Positions 53,158-64,000 of a DNA stretch of 64,000 bases are shown piece by piece. The stretch lies in the NCBI GenBank assembly GCA_013239625.1, contig MU054323.1:16806029-16870028 (forward strand), given 5' to 3'. Source of the DNA: Lama guanicoe (Eukaryota). Within the stretch, counting starts at the first letter, position 1. Every line of letters begins with the position of its first letter. The notes under the pieces were generated by a model, which saw only the letters and a program-made list of their open reading frames with translations, was not told where the DNA came from and searched no databases. The translations under genes were made by a program, and so were the position numbers.

Positions 53158-54042
53158 CTAAGAAATAAAAAAAAAATGTGCCAATTTTATGCAAAAAAAA
53201 AAAAAGCCTGAGGACTAGAAATTCTAATAAATACAACGAATTATGTATAATGAACAAAAGTCTAAAAATGAATCAGAGAAAATATTACCAACTTCCAGTT
53301 TTCCTTTCTAGTGAAGGAAATACTAGTATGAAGGATGTAATAATTGCTTGTAATAGGACTACCTGCTTAATTTTCTTGTGCTTGGGTTTGTTAAAATGGG
53401 TTTGCAGCAAATACCACATATGCCCAGGAAGTTATACAGAACTAAACAGCTACAACCCTAAAATGTGCTAAGTCTCCAGATAAAAAGAATCAAGAATTAT
53501 TCTTAAGGTTCTCTTTCTCATAATCAGTATTACACAGGATATACTTTTAAATCCACAATTTTATGGGGGGAAAAAACAACAACACCGTTTAATCCACTGT
53601 AAAACTGAGAAATTACTCAAAGTGGCAAATCTTTACAAAATGAATTAGGGTAAAATAACATTGTCCCCAAAGAATACCTTTTTTAAAAAAGAAAAAAAAA
53701 TCTACATTTACTAGAAGGAGCTCTCAGTCATTAACATCGAGAGCAAATAAGCCTTATCTCAAACAACATTCATTGTCAAAGACTCCGAGACAGAAGCAGC
53801 TTGGTTCAGCAAGGCCCATATGAAGCTATCTTCTGAAACGGGAATTTACCTACACGTTTTGAGCAACTGAAGAGAAGGTACAGAGGGCCCTCATTTCTTG
53901 GGGCCTGTGTGTGTAAGGCCTGCTATCGGTAGTTACAAAAACTCATATAAAAACCTCAGGACCCATGACATGTACTGCCTTAAGTATCTAAAATACATTT
54001 GCATGCAAAGAAGCACCACTCCATTTCCAGCATTTATCTCTA

Positions 54043-54153
<111 letters not shown>

Positions 54154-55255
54154 CTAAAAATACAGAAGACTCATTATATTGGTAGGTTATGTAATCTGGC
54201 TCCACATCCCCAAAGAAAGAAAAACCATTAAGTAGAAAAATGAGTCACAATATTAAAAGCAAAGTCTAGGCTTTAAAAATCATACACTCTCATTCCAGCA
54301 AAGTTAACCTATTCTCAATATTGTTAAATGCATGTTGCTAAACAATAGCAGAGAGAAATGTCTCTAAATATAATTCCAACTTTGCAGGAAAGTTATATCT
54401 CATAATTAAGTTATATACAAAATGCCATCCACTTTATAAAAAGAAATCCATAATTCTCCCCTACTGCCAACGTTTCAAATAAATATGTAAGAACATTTTA
54501 ACTCAGTATTTTACATTGACCAGCTTAAAGTATATTTCAGTTCAAAAAAAATTACCCACTTTGTGGTTTAACAGTAAGAAGGAAAGATGGGAGTTTTTAA
54601 GTAAGTCTACATGGGAATCTTTCATCTGAACTTTCTACTGACTCTAAATTAATTCATAACTAAACAAAAATAGTATGAAGGTGATCATTAAGTGTCCATA
54701 AATAACAAAAAAATATACTCTTAGTTAACTGTATTTTCTCTTTCACCTATTTACAACTACGATGAACAAATACAGCTCTCTGGCAAGCAAGCTATACAGA
54801 CTAGAGAAGAGCAGAGAAAAAAAAATGTGACTAATTTACTTGAGCTCAAAAACCAGTTTTGATGCTTTTGGCTGTTCTTATCAAGTCCTCAGAACTCTGA
54901 GAGAAAGCTTTTGTGAAAACTCAAGATGTAGATTTACGCTCCCAGTACCTCTTACCACTCTCAAATGATAAAGTGGTATCACAATAACATGATGAATGGT
55001 CCTTCTCTCCCTATCAGAGCTGGAGAAAAAGGACTGACTATAAACAAAATCACTGCCTGGAAGATAGAAGTTGTTGGCTACAATTTTAAATATCCTTAAA
55101 TATTGATACACCCAATTCAAGGCAGAAAAATAAATTACAAATTTTAATTTTCTGCTTTAAAATAAAGGTAAGAAATTTCTTATACATACAGAAGAGTTTT
55201 AAGTTAGCTATTTTTCTAACTTAGACAAAGTCATTTAATATAAGAGTTTTCCTAC

Positions 55256-55383
55256 CTTAAAGTATTCTACAAGATCTCTACAAGTGACTTTAGATCCACT
55301 TATCTCTTTTTCTACCAAATTTTCCGGGGCAAGTAGCAATGGAACCAGATTTCGAAGCTCTCGCTTAAAATCTTCATCAATAT
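55256..55383 (-). CDS. ATL2: Atlastin-2 coding exon (exon 9)
   Basis: 128 nt, TAG/GTAGGA; completes the split codon G|AT (D), then [42 protein letters not shown]. Confidence 0.97.
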
Positions 55384-56193
55384 CTAGTGGACATGAAATT
55401 AGTCAACACGTTAGTCAAAAAACACACAAAAACAAAAAGAAGTCCCCAGTGGTAAGAGTTAATAAAATTCTGTTTCATGAAATAAGAGTACAATATCTTA
55501 TTACCTAAGTGCAGATTCATTTTTAAAAACTCATCCAAACACTGTCACACTGTAACATCTCCTAGGAAAAAATGTAATTCCCTCTACTCCACTACCCTAT
55601 TTCCTTCATCTCCCAATAACTCTTTCAGCTCAAATAATAAATAAAACAAACTGTGGACTACCAAAACAAATTCCACATTAAGTATTAACTAAACTATCCT
55701 TGTCAAATGGCAAGCAATTCATGAAAGTGTATCAAATTTTAATACTAAATTTTGTTTCTCTAGCCATACTGTTAAGTTTTGTCAATCCTCAAGCCTTTTG
55801 CCATCATGCTCAAAATAATCCTAAAACATACACAAAAAATTATACTATCACCCCCTAAACAGATTTAAATCTAATCACATCAATATATTGGTAAAGCTTT
55901 TTTAGCAGACTGCAATCAGATGAAATACTGAAAGGTTCTCAGCTTTCAGCATTTTTAGGACATCAGTGCTGGGCAAAAGACCACATTATAAAATATGTTA
56001 ATCAATCTGCTAGGTGTTTCCAACAAACCAGTGGGAAGCTAGAAAGACTACACAGAGCATTAAAGTCATGTAATTAACAATGCATCAGAATGCTCTCCTA
56101 AAGTAGGAGAGAAAATTTAAGGAACCAAGAATTTTTTTAACTTTCAGCCTCTAAAAATTAAGTTCTGATTTTAGCAAGAATGGGAACTCCCAC

Positions 56194-56332
56194 CTTTCAA
56201 TCTCCCATCAAAACTAGGATTAGTTGCAACTTTAAGACCAGGATGTGGCAAAAGGAAGCAACCAAGATTTGAGAAACAATTGTGAATGTGCTTCCTTACA
56301 TTCTGTAGCTCTTCGTGTTGATTTTGTTTTAC
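56194..56332 (-). CDS. ATL2: Atlastin-2 coding exon (exon 8)
   Basis: 139 nt, [55 protein letters not shown] plus 1 nt (phase 1). Lies within ORF 56171..56365. Confidence 0.97.
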
Positions 56333-56999
56333 CTGGGGACAGAAGGAGACAGGGTTATGGTGCAAACAAGAGAAAAAAAATTTTTTTTAAAAAACACACA
56401 CACACACTCACATGCATGCACACTAACTCAGATGCTACTCATCTGAGTGGGTAGATGCTACTCATCTGGGTGATTTTTGACAATATGGAATTTTACTAAA
56501 GACCATTTCTGACTATTTTGTAAGACCTCACTCAGTCTTAAATCAGAAAAGATGTTTTTTCCCATGTGAGCTGCCAAGGATATTAAAAAATACAAATAAT
56601 AATCAATCATAATATCTAACACCAGAACAACAAGGTGTGACTATAATTTATAAACCAGTAAATAAAGTGAAAATTTGCCTTTATAGTACTTATAATGGCA
56701 AAGAGAAAAACAAAGTACTAATTTGCCTACAAATAAAAAGGTCAGCCATTGAACAAAATAACAGCTATGCTGAAAGGCTCCAGTGCAGTGCAAAGAATCT
56801 TAAAAATCTGTTAGGATTCAGCACTCACTCCAAATGATTATTTATGACCTATGTCAGTTATCAGTGTTTTTCATAAGAGACTGCAATGTATTTACTGAAA
56901 GAAAATCCTAAACTTAGATTTTTAACAACTAGTTATCCCAATGTAACTCACATATTCTCCCAAACTCTTCTCAAAACCATTCTAAAAACACATTTACGA

Positions 57000-57360
57000 T
57001 TCATAATCAACAAAACTTGGAAACTACCTAAATGTCCATCAAGAGCAAAATGAAAAAACTGTTGCCTATTCATATAATGGAATGCTGCATAGCAATGAGA
57101 CTAAAGAGAACTACATGCAACAAAACAGATTAATCTCAGAATACTACTGTATGTGATTCTTTACATAAAAACTCCAAAAACAAAGCCTGTTAGAGGTCAA
57201 AATAGCAGTAGAGTGTTGGGGGGGGGGGTTAGTGGACAGAGGCAGGTGCTTCTGGGTGGTTACATGGCTGTGTTCAATCTGTACAAATTCATCAAACTGA
57301 GCATTTCTGATTTCTGATTTGAGCACTTTCTGTATCACTTCAGTAAGATGTTAAAAAATC
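57000..57360 (+). mobile_element. LINE-1 3' UTR fragment (L1ME-like) in ATL2 intron
   Basis: 'aaaacttggaaactacctaaatgtccatcaa...tattcatataatggaatgc...tactactgtatgtgattc'. Confidence 0.7.
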
Positions 57361-57521
57361 TTCTTGTCTTTGAAATACATAATTCTCACTCTACTTAGTA
57401 TGCCTGATGTGCTTTGTGCTCATTTCTTCAGAACAAATTAGAGAAAATACTGATGAATGAAATTATCTCTCACAGCAGAGTCTGGAAATGCCTTAAACAA
57501 TCCAAGAAGAAGTTGGTTTTA

Positions 57522-57614
57522 TTTATTTTCTTTTTACTGGAGGTACTAGGGATTGAACCCAGGACCTCCAGCATGCTAAGCACGTGCTCTACCACTGAGC
57601 TATATCCATTCCCG
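57522..57614 (-). mobile_element. tRNA-Ala-derived SINE (camelid vic-1-like) with perfect 14-bp TSD
   Basis: Minus strand GGGAATGGATATAGCTCAGTGGTAGAGCACGTGCTTAGCATGCTGGAGGTCCTGGGTTCAATCCCTAGTACCTCCAGTAAAAAGAAAATAAA: A box, B box, AGC anticodon loop and A tail. TSD AGAAGTTGGTTTTA at 57508-57521 and 57615-57628. Confidence 0.92.
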
Positions 57615-58531
57615 AGAAGTTGGTTTTACTCTCATTTTAGGATTAAGAAAGTTATATCGTACCCAGAGCCTTTGAATGTGGTTGAGAAACTTAATGCATC
57701 TTTCCACAGGCAAACAAAATTTTATTAACCAAAAGAGAGAAACCTCCTGCTTATGAATAAAGGGATGTTTATATATCTTTTGTGATGTAAATAGACGTGC
57801 AGTATCTGACCTGAGGGTTTCCCAAGTACTTCCATGGGAGGATATCTTTAGGAATAAAGGATCATGCTGGTAAGGTCATTTTCTAGGAATGCCTTGGTGT
57901 GGTATATTGCATGAGTCAGGCCTGGAGTCCGGATGTTTGGGTCCTATTCTCAGTTATCCATAATTAGTTAAGTGACCAAAGGTAAGTCACTTTTCTGGGT
58001 CCCAGTTTTGGGGTGTGTGTGTGAGTGTGTGTGTGTGTGTGTGTACACTAATGTTTAAGATCCCTTTTCTAGCTCTATATGCTGCCACTCTATGAGACAG
58101 TATTCCTTGGAAAGAGGGCCTCACATCATCTGTGTTCAATGCATTCACATTAGATTTTCCAGCCTGTCCCAAGTGTTCAGAAGCTCAGCTGGGCCAGAAA
58201 GAGACATGCATGCAATCTAAATAGATTAAAAAGTTAGTCTCCTTCAAACTTTTATCCTCTGAATATTGATTTGCTGGTGGGGCAACTGGCTAAGGAGAGA
58301 AATACGTGTTCCTTTATTTCTATTCAAGGGTATTTCTGTTGTCCACTTTGGCAAGAGTGCTACCACGTTTACTTCTCATCAATTATGTATGGAGTTATCT
58401 GGGCTAACTTGGGATACTCAACTTGTTCCAATGACACTTAAGATTTTGGTAGTCTAAGCAGCAGTCCAGGCGGCTCACTCCTTTACCTGGTTTGGTGCTT
58501 ATGCTGTCCTCTCTAAGAAAGGGGGGCTTAC

Positions 58532-58624
58532 CTGTAATCTTTTTTCAAGGAATTGTTTTCCACCTTCCAAACCGTATGAATGTTCATAAGGATAACTCCA
58601 ATCTCGAATCAAAAACATTAATGT
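58532..58624 (-). CDS. ATL2: Atlastin-2 coding exon (exon 7)
   Basis: 93 nt, [40 protein letters not shown], containing the RD (G4) motif of GB1/RHD3-type GTPases. Confidence 0.97.
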
Positions 58625-59005
58625 CTACAGACAGAAGAGAAAAAAGAGAGAAACCATTTCTTATAAAAATTTACAAAAAATCACTATTTTAATAACTAAA
58701 GCCTCCTTTACTCCCCAAAACATTCCTTATCAAAGTTAACCAAATGGTTTAATACTACTCATTGTTACATCAAGAGCCTACATAAGTCAACAACACTCCC
58801 AGTTTCTATTCCAAGCAATTACCTCCATTTGAAAACTTCACGTGTATAAAAAAATCACCACATGCAGTAACACAGGATTTTAGAAAACGAAAACCATATC
58901 AGAACATACAGGTCACAATTTTAAGTCAAGATTGTGTAACTAGAAGACCATCTAACCTAATTCTAGGCCAACTAATTCCTTTCATAGAATGTTTTATTCA
59001 TACAT

Positions 59006-59228
59006 GCTTAGGTTTCTCAGCCTTAGCACTATCGACATCTTGGGTCACATAATTCTTAGCTGTGCAAGGCTGGCCCATGCACTGTAAGATGCTAAACAGC
59101 ATGTCTGGTCTCTAAACTAGATACCAGTGGCATTAAACGTCCTCCCCCAAACTGTGACAACCAAAAATGTCTCCAGACATTGGCAAATGTCCTCTAGGTG
59201 GCAAAATTACCCCAGTTCACAAAAACTG
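59006..59228 (+). mobile_element. hAT-Charlie MITE (MER20-like)
   Basis: 'ggtttctcagccttagcactatcgacatcttgggtcacataattctt...gtgacaaccaaaaatgtctccagacattggcaaatgtcc...ggcaaaattaccccagtt'. Confidence 0.88.
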
Positions 59229-60025
59229 GTATAGGCCAAATAGAGTATATTTCATCCACATACACAAAATGATCCCATAACCTGCCCAAATATTTCATAA
59301 AAGTGATCACCTGAGCCAGACAAGACCTACTAAGAATCATGAGTGATGCCAACACACAGAAAGGACTTCATAAACTAACGAACAAACAGGGTAGTCATTC
59401 TCACCTACTACAATATATCTAACTAGATAGTACTATGTCAACTTATAAACTATACTTACTTCAAAAAAGAAACTACCTGAAATCAGCTTTGACTCCACAG
59501 AAGCAATCAGAGCACATGCTTCTCAAATAATTCCACCCAGGTTAATTTTTAACTTAATATTCTATACTTAGTATTTAAAAGGAATAAAAAAAACACATGG
59601 GGCTACAGGGAGTGGAGGAGGGGGAAGAGATAAATAAATTCTCAAACTTTTCTATTTGAAACAAAAATAAAGAAACACACACACAAAACCAATAATATTC
59701 TGTAGTAGTTTATCACATATAAAAGAAATCTGCATGACTATCTCAAGTTTTAGAATTAACATCTAGTTAAGAGAAATGTTATTAACCTCTTTATCTAAGA
59801 AAAGTGTTAAGAATCAACCTATATTCATTTGTTCTATTTCCTATCCTGTTACCTGCCACTGATAAGTTGGTGGTGACATTATCATAAATTAATTTCAATT
59901 CTGCTGAATGTGTTGCTCAAAATGAGTTTGACATAATATCCTCATGTCTTCAGAGACGCATGATGAGATGGCTTAATAGCTTTTCATAGATGAATTTTTT
60001 TTTTAATGACAAAATATTTATTTAC

Positions 60026-60082
60026 CTGAAATGGCTTCTGGTAGATTTCTTCCATTGCAAGTCTGCCATACTCTGTAAATAA
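60026..60082 (-). CDS. ATL2: Atlastin-2 coding exon (exon 6)
   Basis: 57 nt, [28 protein letters not shown]. Confidence 0.96.
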
Positions 60083-60381
60083 CTATTAAATAAAATTATT
60101 TAAAATAATGCCCCAAAGAGGTAGAAAGAAGACATCTGTAAAGCTGTTCTATATCAGACCACTAGATGTCAGAGCCCTTAAAATCATTTGAAAGCCAAGT
60201 ATTTAATTTTTTTAAGTCTGGGTATATATTAAAATTTCTTCTAGTTAAGATGTCGTACATCAGTTTAAAACCATATAATAGCCAATCTTCTTAAAATATT
60301 ATAGGTTCTTGGTGTAAAGTCACCATAAAGCGGGAACTAAATTCTCAATACTCTGGCATACATTCTTTGAGACATACATAC

Positions 60382-60432
60382 TTGCAAATGTTGAAGATCA
60401 TCTTCTTGAATATTTTGAGATAAATTATATAC
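60382..60432 (-). CDS. ATL2: Atlastin-2 coding exon (exon 5)
   Basis: 51 nt, CAG/GTATGT; VYNLSQNIQEDDLQHLQ. Confidence 0.96.
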
Positions 60433-60735
60433 CTGTTAAAACAAAATTTTGTTTTTATTAGTGTTTTACTTCGAATACCCAGCTATGTATAACTTAACTT
60501 GTGGAAATGAAGGCCATTTCATACCTCAACACAAATGTATGACTTAGTCACTATCTTAACCAGTGGCACATGAAAAAGATTTTCTTTTTCCCTAATAACA
60601 GTCAGCATAAAACATTAGGGGGGAAGCAGCGGTGGTAAACTTTGTAAAAATCATAAATACACACATATGGGACCTAGAAGGCAGCAGACTTTTTTTTCTA
60701 AGTACATTATGTACTAAGATGCTCTATATTGTGAC

Positions 60736-60935
60736 TTTTTTTAACATTTTTTATTGATTTATAATCATTTTACAATGTTGTGTCAAATTCCAGTGTTCAG
60801 CACAATCTTTCAGTCATTCATGGACATATACACACTCATTGTCACATTTTTTTCTCTGTGAGTTATCGTAACATTTTGTGTATGTTTCCCTGTGCTATAC
60901 AGTATAATCTTGTTTATCTATTCTACAATTTTAAT
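60736..60935 (-). mobile_element. Short young LINE-1 3' terminus (camelid-type)
   Basis: 'tttttttaacattttttattgatttataatcattttacaatgttgtgtcaaattccagtgttcagcacaa...ttccctgtgctatacagtataatcttgtttatctattct'; TTTTTTTAA on both sides. Confidence 0.8.
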
Positions 60936-61899
60936 TTTTTTTAAGTGAAGAGTTTCCACAACTATTTTTCTAAGTCAATAAATGTGAAGGGCATAGTTCT
61001 ACAAAGATAAATTCCTTGGAACATTTGTAGTATGTAGTTTATAGTTATTCTGTAGGTGCCTCAACTACCATCAACTCTAATTGGTTTTCCCTTTTTACTT
61101 AAGCAAACTCATCAGTCTAAATAGCTTAATATGAAAATTTTACCAGACAGTATTAGCTTAAAAAAATTACAGTAGGTGGCACTCTTGCCTGTTCTACAAT
61201 TTTTTAGGAGGCTTTCCAAGGCACACAGACCAGAGCTGACTAAGTACGCTCAAGAAAGAGAAACTGGAGAAAAGCTCAATAGGTTCAGTCCTTCTGAGTC
61301 AAGTCTTTAAAAGATGACCTAGGCCATCAAAGGAGAAAAGTGGATGTCCACAGTTGTCACCTCTGCTAAGAAATAACTCAGGTCTAAAAAAATAGGGTTA
61401 CTCCAAATATAAAACAATCTGTTCTAAGAGCAAGTAAGTGATAATCTAACTGAATCACTTGGAGGTCGAGAATATAAACAGCCAATATAGGCTAACAAGC
61501 CTAAAATGATATTCTCAGCTGACGAATCCCAACCAGGTACTTAAAAATTAACTAATGGCTGAGATGATTAAACTCCTGATTTAAATTTAAAAACTAAAAC
61601 CATGACCAACATATTCTTACCCATATGGTCCTCAGCTTTTAGAAAACAGGCCCAGATCTTTTTATTGGCAGGGCCAGGAGAAAAATAGTAAAGACAAAAA
61701 AATATTTGTTTGTTGTAGATCATTAGTACTTAGCATACCGTATTGTACTTAATTGATTATTTGTTGGGAGAGTAAATGACAAAAGGATCAATTTGTCATT
61801 GATCTATCAGCCAGATAGCTTATCTAGGGAAGAAGAAAAATCTAGCCTCAATAACCAAGAAAAAGGCAATAATAAAAAATAATTTTAATCTTCTAGATT

Positions 61900-62060
61900 A
61901 TTTGTAGTTTACAAAGCACTTTCTTTTCAATTATCTCATGTGGATCTCATTTCTGACTACACACAAAACCACATATGAGATAGGCAAGATGGGCAAAATC
62001 CTCATTTTACTGATAAGAAAGTGACTGAGTGGCTTTAAGTCCAAAACCAGGACCCTTGCT
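61900..62060 (-). mobile_element. MIR fragment in ATL2 intron
   Basis: 'gtttacaaagcactttc...attatctcatgtggatctca...atcctcattttactgataagaaa'. Confidence 0.55.
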
Positions 62061-63432
62061 ATCATAAAGCTGAATCAACAAAGCTGAATCAACAAGAGAT
62101 CAAGGTACAAGTTTTAGGATAGAGAACTCCTTCATTATAATTTAAGTTAAGCCATAGAACCAACTAATCTAAAGGGCTATAATGTGATAACATAAACACA
62201 AAGATGTGGCTTCTGCTTGCCTCAAGAACATGGATGGCAGTTGTGCCACCTTGCAAGATCAGAGAAAAAGAGGTAGAATAAACTGAGAGACTCTGAGGAT
62301 TCCCAATAGCATCATTTAGTTTGTAATGACAGATATCCCCATCCCTATAATAAAAAGAAGCCATTCCTCTTTTATCACATAATAATATCCAAAACTTGTT
62401 TCCACTCTGACAGCTACATACTTTGAAATGAGGAAGGAAGGAAATGGAAACTTTGAGACTGGTCATGTACTCCAGATATTACTGGAAAGTGTCACAAAAA
62501 TTCCAAGACACTATGACAGTATTACCTATAATCTACCATCAGTAAGAAATATCTCTATCTCAGGAGAAGCACATACTTTTTTTTAACTTTCGCAAATACA
62601 CATCTTGACATATCACCAGCTGGACCTAACCACCGTATTTCAATAATTTAGTAATAATTTTCAGCCAGAAAAATATCAACCGCAGATCTCAGAAATGAGA
62701 AAGAAAAGAAGTAACAAAATGACCTGTGGTGGTTTAATTCAATCCAATCAGTCTAAATTATACAGAAAAAAGATGGCCTAGCTTGAAGAGACTAGAACTT
62801 GACAGAACAGCAAACACAATTAGGGTACAGTGTAAGTGAAAAAACAGCAAGGATTTTACCCCTTTCTAAATGAAACAGGTGCTATAAGTCCTTAGTTAAT
62901 TATATAAACATCATTTAGGTTTCCTAAGTTAAATATGAATTAATTCTTACGCTTCTACCCTTATTAGTTCAAATAATTGAGTACTAGTTGTCATATATAT
63001 CAAATAAAGAACGAAATTTAATTACTTGGTTTTGTTGTTTGTCTGATTTAGCCAAAAAATAAAGATATATTCTATATCTTACTGTATTTTGGCATATGCC
63101 TGAACTCAACTGAATTTAATATCAACTGAATATCCTTGAATTCAATTAAGGATAGCATGCAATAATATCTTTTCATTTAAAAGGGAACAAAGTATAAATG
63201 CTATGATGAAATACCAAAGGGACTGGCTACTGGCTTACTGTTTCCCTGGTAAGCACTCAAATGTAGGAAATTTCACATTGTGAGCCGGAATAACAAGTAT
63301 AGAAATACAAATAACCAAGAGCTTTCTTTAATTTTAATCTTTTTCTTTTCTTCAATCCAAAAGTGTTCTGAGGAAGAACAAAGGAATTAGGATTATCTAA
63401 ACTGATCATACCACAGCATCTCTGTGTCTCAC

Positions 63433-63537
63433 CTGGACAGAGCTAGTCATAGTGCTCAGAGCAAACACTGTCGCACAATCTTTGATAGTTGACTGGCTAT
63501 CAAAGGCACCCTGGGTATCCATTAGCAGCACAGCCAC
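63433..63537 (-). CDS. ATL2: Atlastin-2 coding exon (exon 4)
   Basis: 105 nt, [43 protein letters not shown], containing the G3 motif DTQG. Confidence 0.97.
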
Positions 63538-63840
63538 CTAAGAATTTAAAAGTTTGAAATACTAAATAAAATATTCACCAACAGTAAAATATTCACCAAT
63601 TCACCAATATAGTCACCAATAGTGACTATAAAAATTAAATATAAAATGATTAATATCAAAACCAATAATTAAGTCAAGGAAAGTACTCTAAGTTAAATAT
63701 CTCACACATTTTGACAAGATAATCCACGTATGTTAATGTTACCAGACATTAATAGTTTTTTGTTGTTTTGATCTTTAATACCAGAAAATTGTTCAAGAAA
63801 GAACACGGAAGAAAAAAATAGCAAAAAAAGAGAATTTTAC

Positions 63841-63975
63841 TTTTGTTCCATTAGGTCTGTCAATCACAAACACTTCATTCCAGACTTGTATGCCTGTTGT
63901 TTCTCTTTCACAACCACCCCGCCATGTAAAGCCAGTCAATGGTTCATTGTTTCCACCAATCCAACTTTGAGAATC
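63841..63975 (-). CDS. ATL2: Atlastin-2 coding exon (exon 3 by human numbering), GTPase domain
   Basis: 135 nt with AG/GT flanks; translates [45 protein letters not shown], containing the atlastin G2/switch I motif RETTG. Confidence 0.97.
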
Positions 63976-64000
63976 CTGTTAAAATCAAGCACAAATATAC

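Noticed and set aside
57535..57613. Functional tRNA-Ala(AGC) gene
   Set aside because: The acceptor and anticodon stems pair imperfectly, and the A-rich tail plus 14-bp TSD mark it as a retroposed SINE.
62066..62093. 14-bp tandem duplication AAAGCTGAATCAAC x2
   Set aside because: Ordinary slippage duplication deep in an intron, with no functional cue.

Overview
Mammalian genomic DNA, most likely a camelid (alpaca/camel), judged from a tRNA-Ala-derived SINE with a perfect 14-bp TSD and a young camelid-type L1 3' end. Bases ~1-47,500 are gene-poor intergenic sequence rich in old eutherian repeats (MaLR/ERVL LTRs, L1, L2, MIR, hAT DNA transposons), with one assembly gap and a few CpG-rich candidate regulatory patches. 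Bases ~47,800-64,000 carry the 3' part of ATL2 (atlastin-2, ER-fusion GTPase) on the minus strand: ten internal coding exons (exons 3-12 by recalled human numbering), all with GT-AG junctions and consistent phase. The gene continues past the right edge. The most interesting structure is a C-terminal splicing switch: a 15-nt microexon (RSPRK) and two alternative terminal acceptors 489 nt apart, encoding a neutral tail or a highly basic KKxx-ending tail. Equivalent isoforms are known in human ATL2. I see no evidence of a previously undescribed biological system. Almost all ORFs in the supplied track are spurious or repeat-derived. Repeat family names come from recalled consensus sequences, not from a search.
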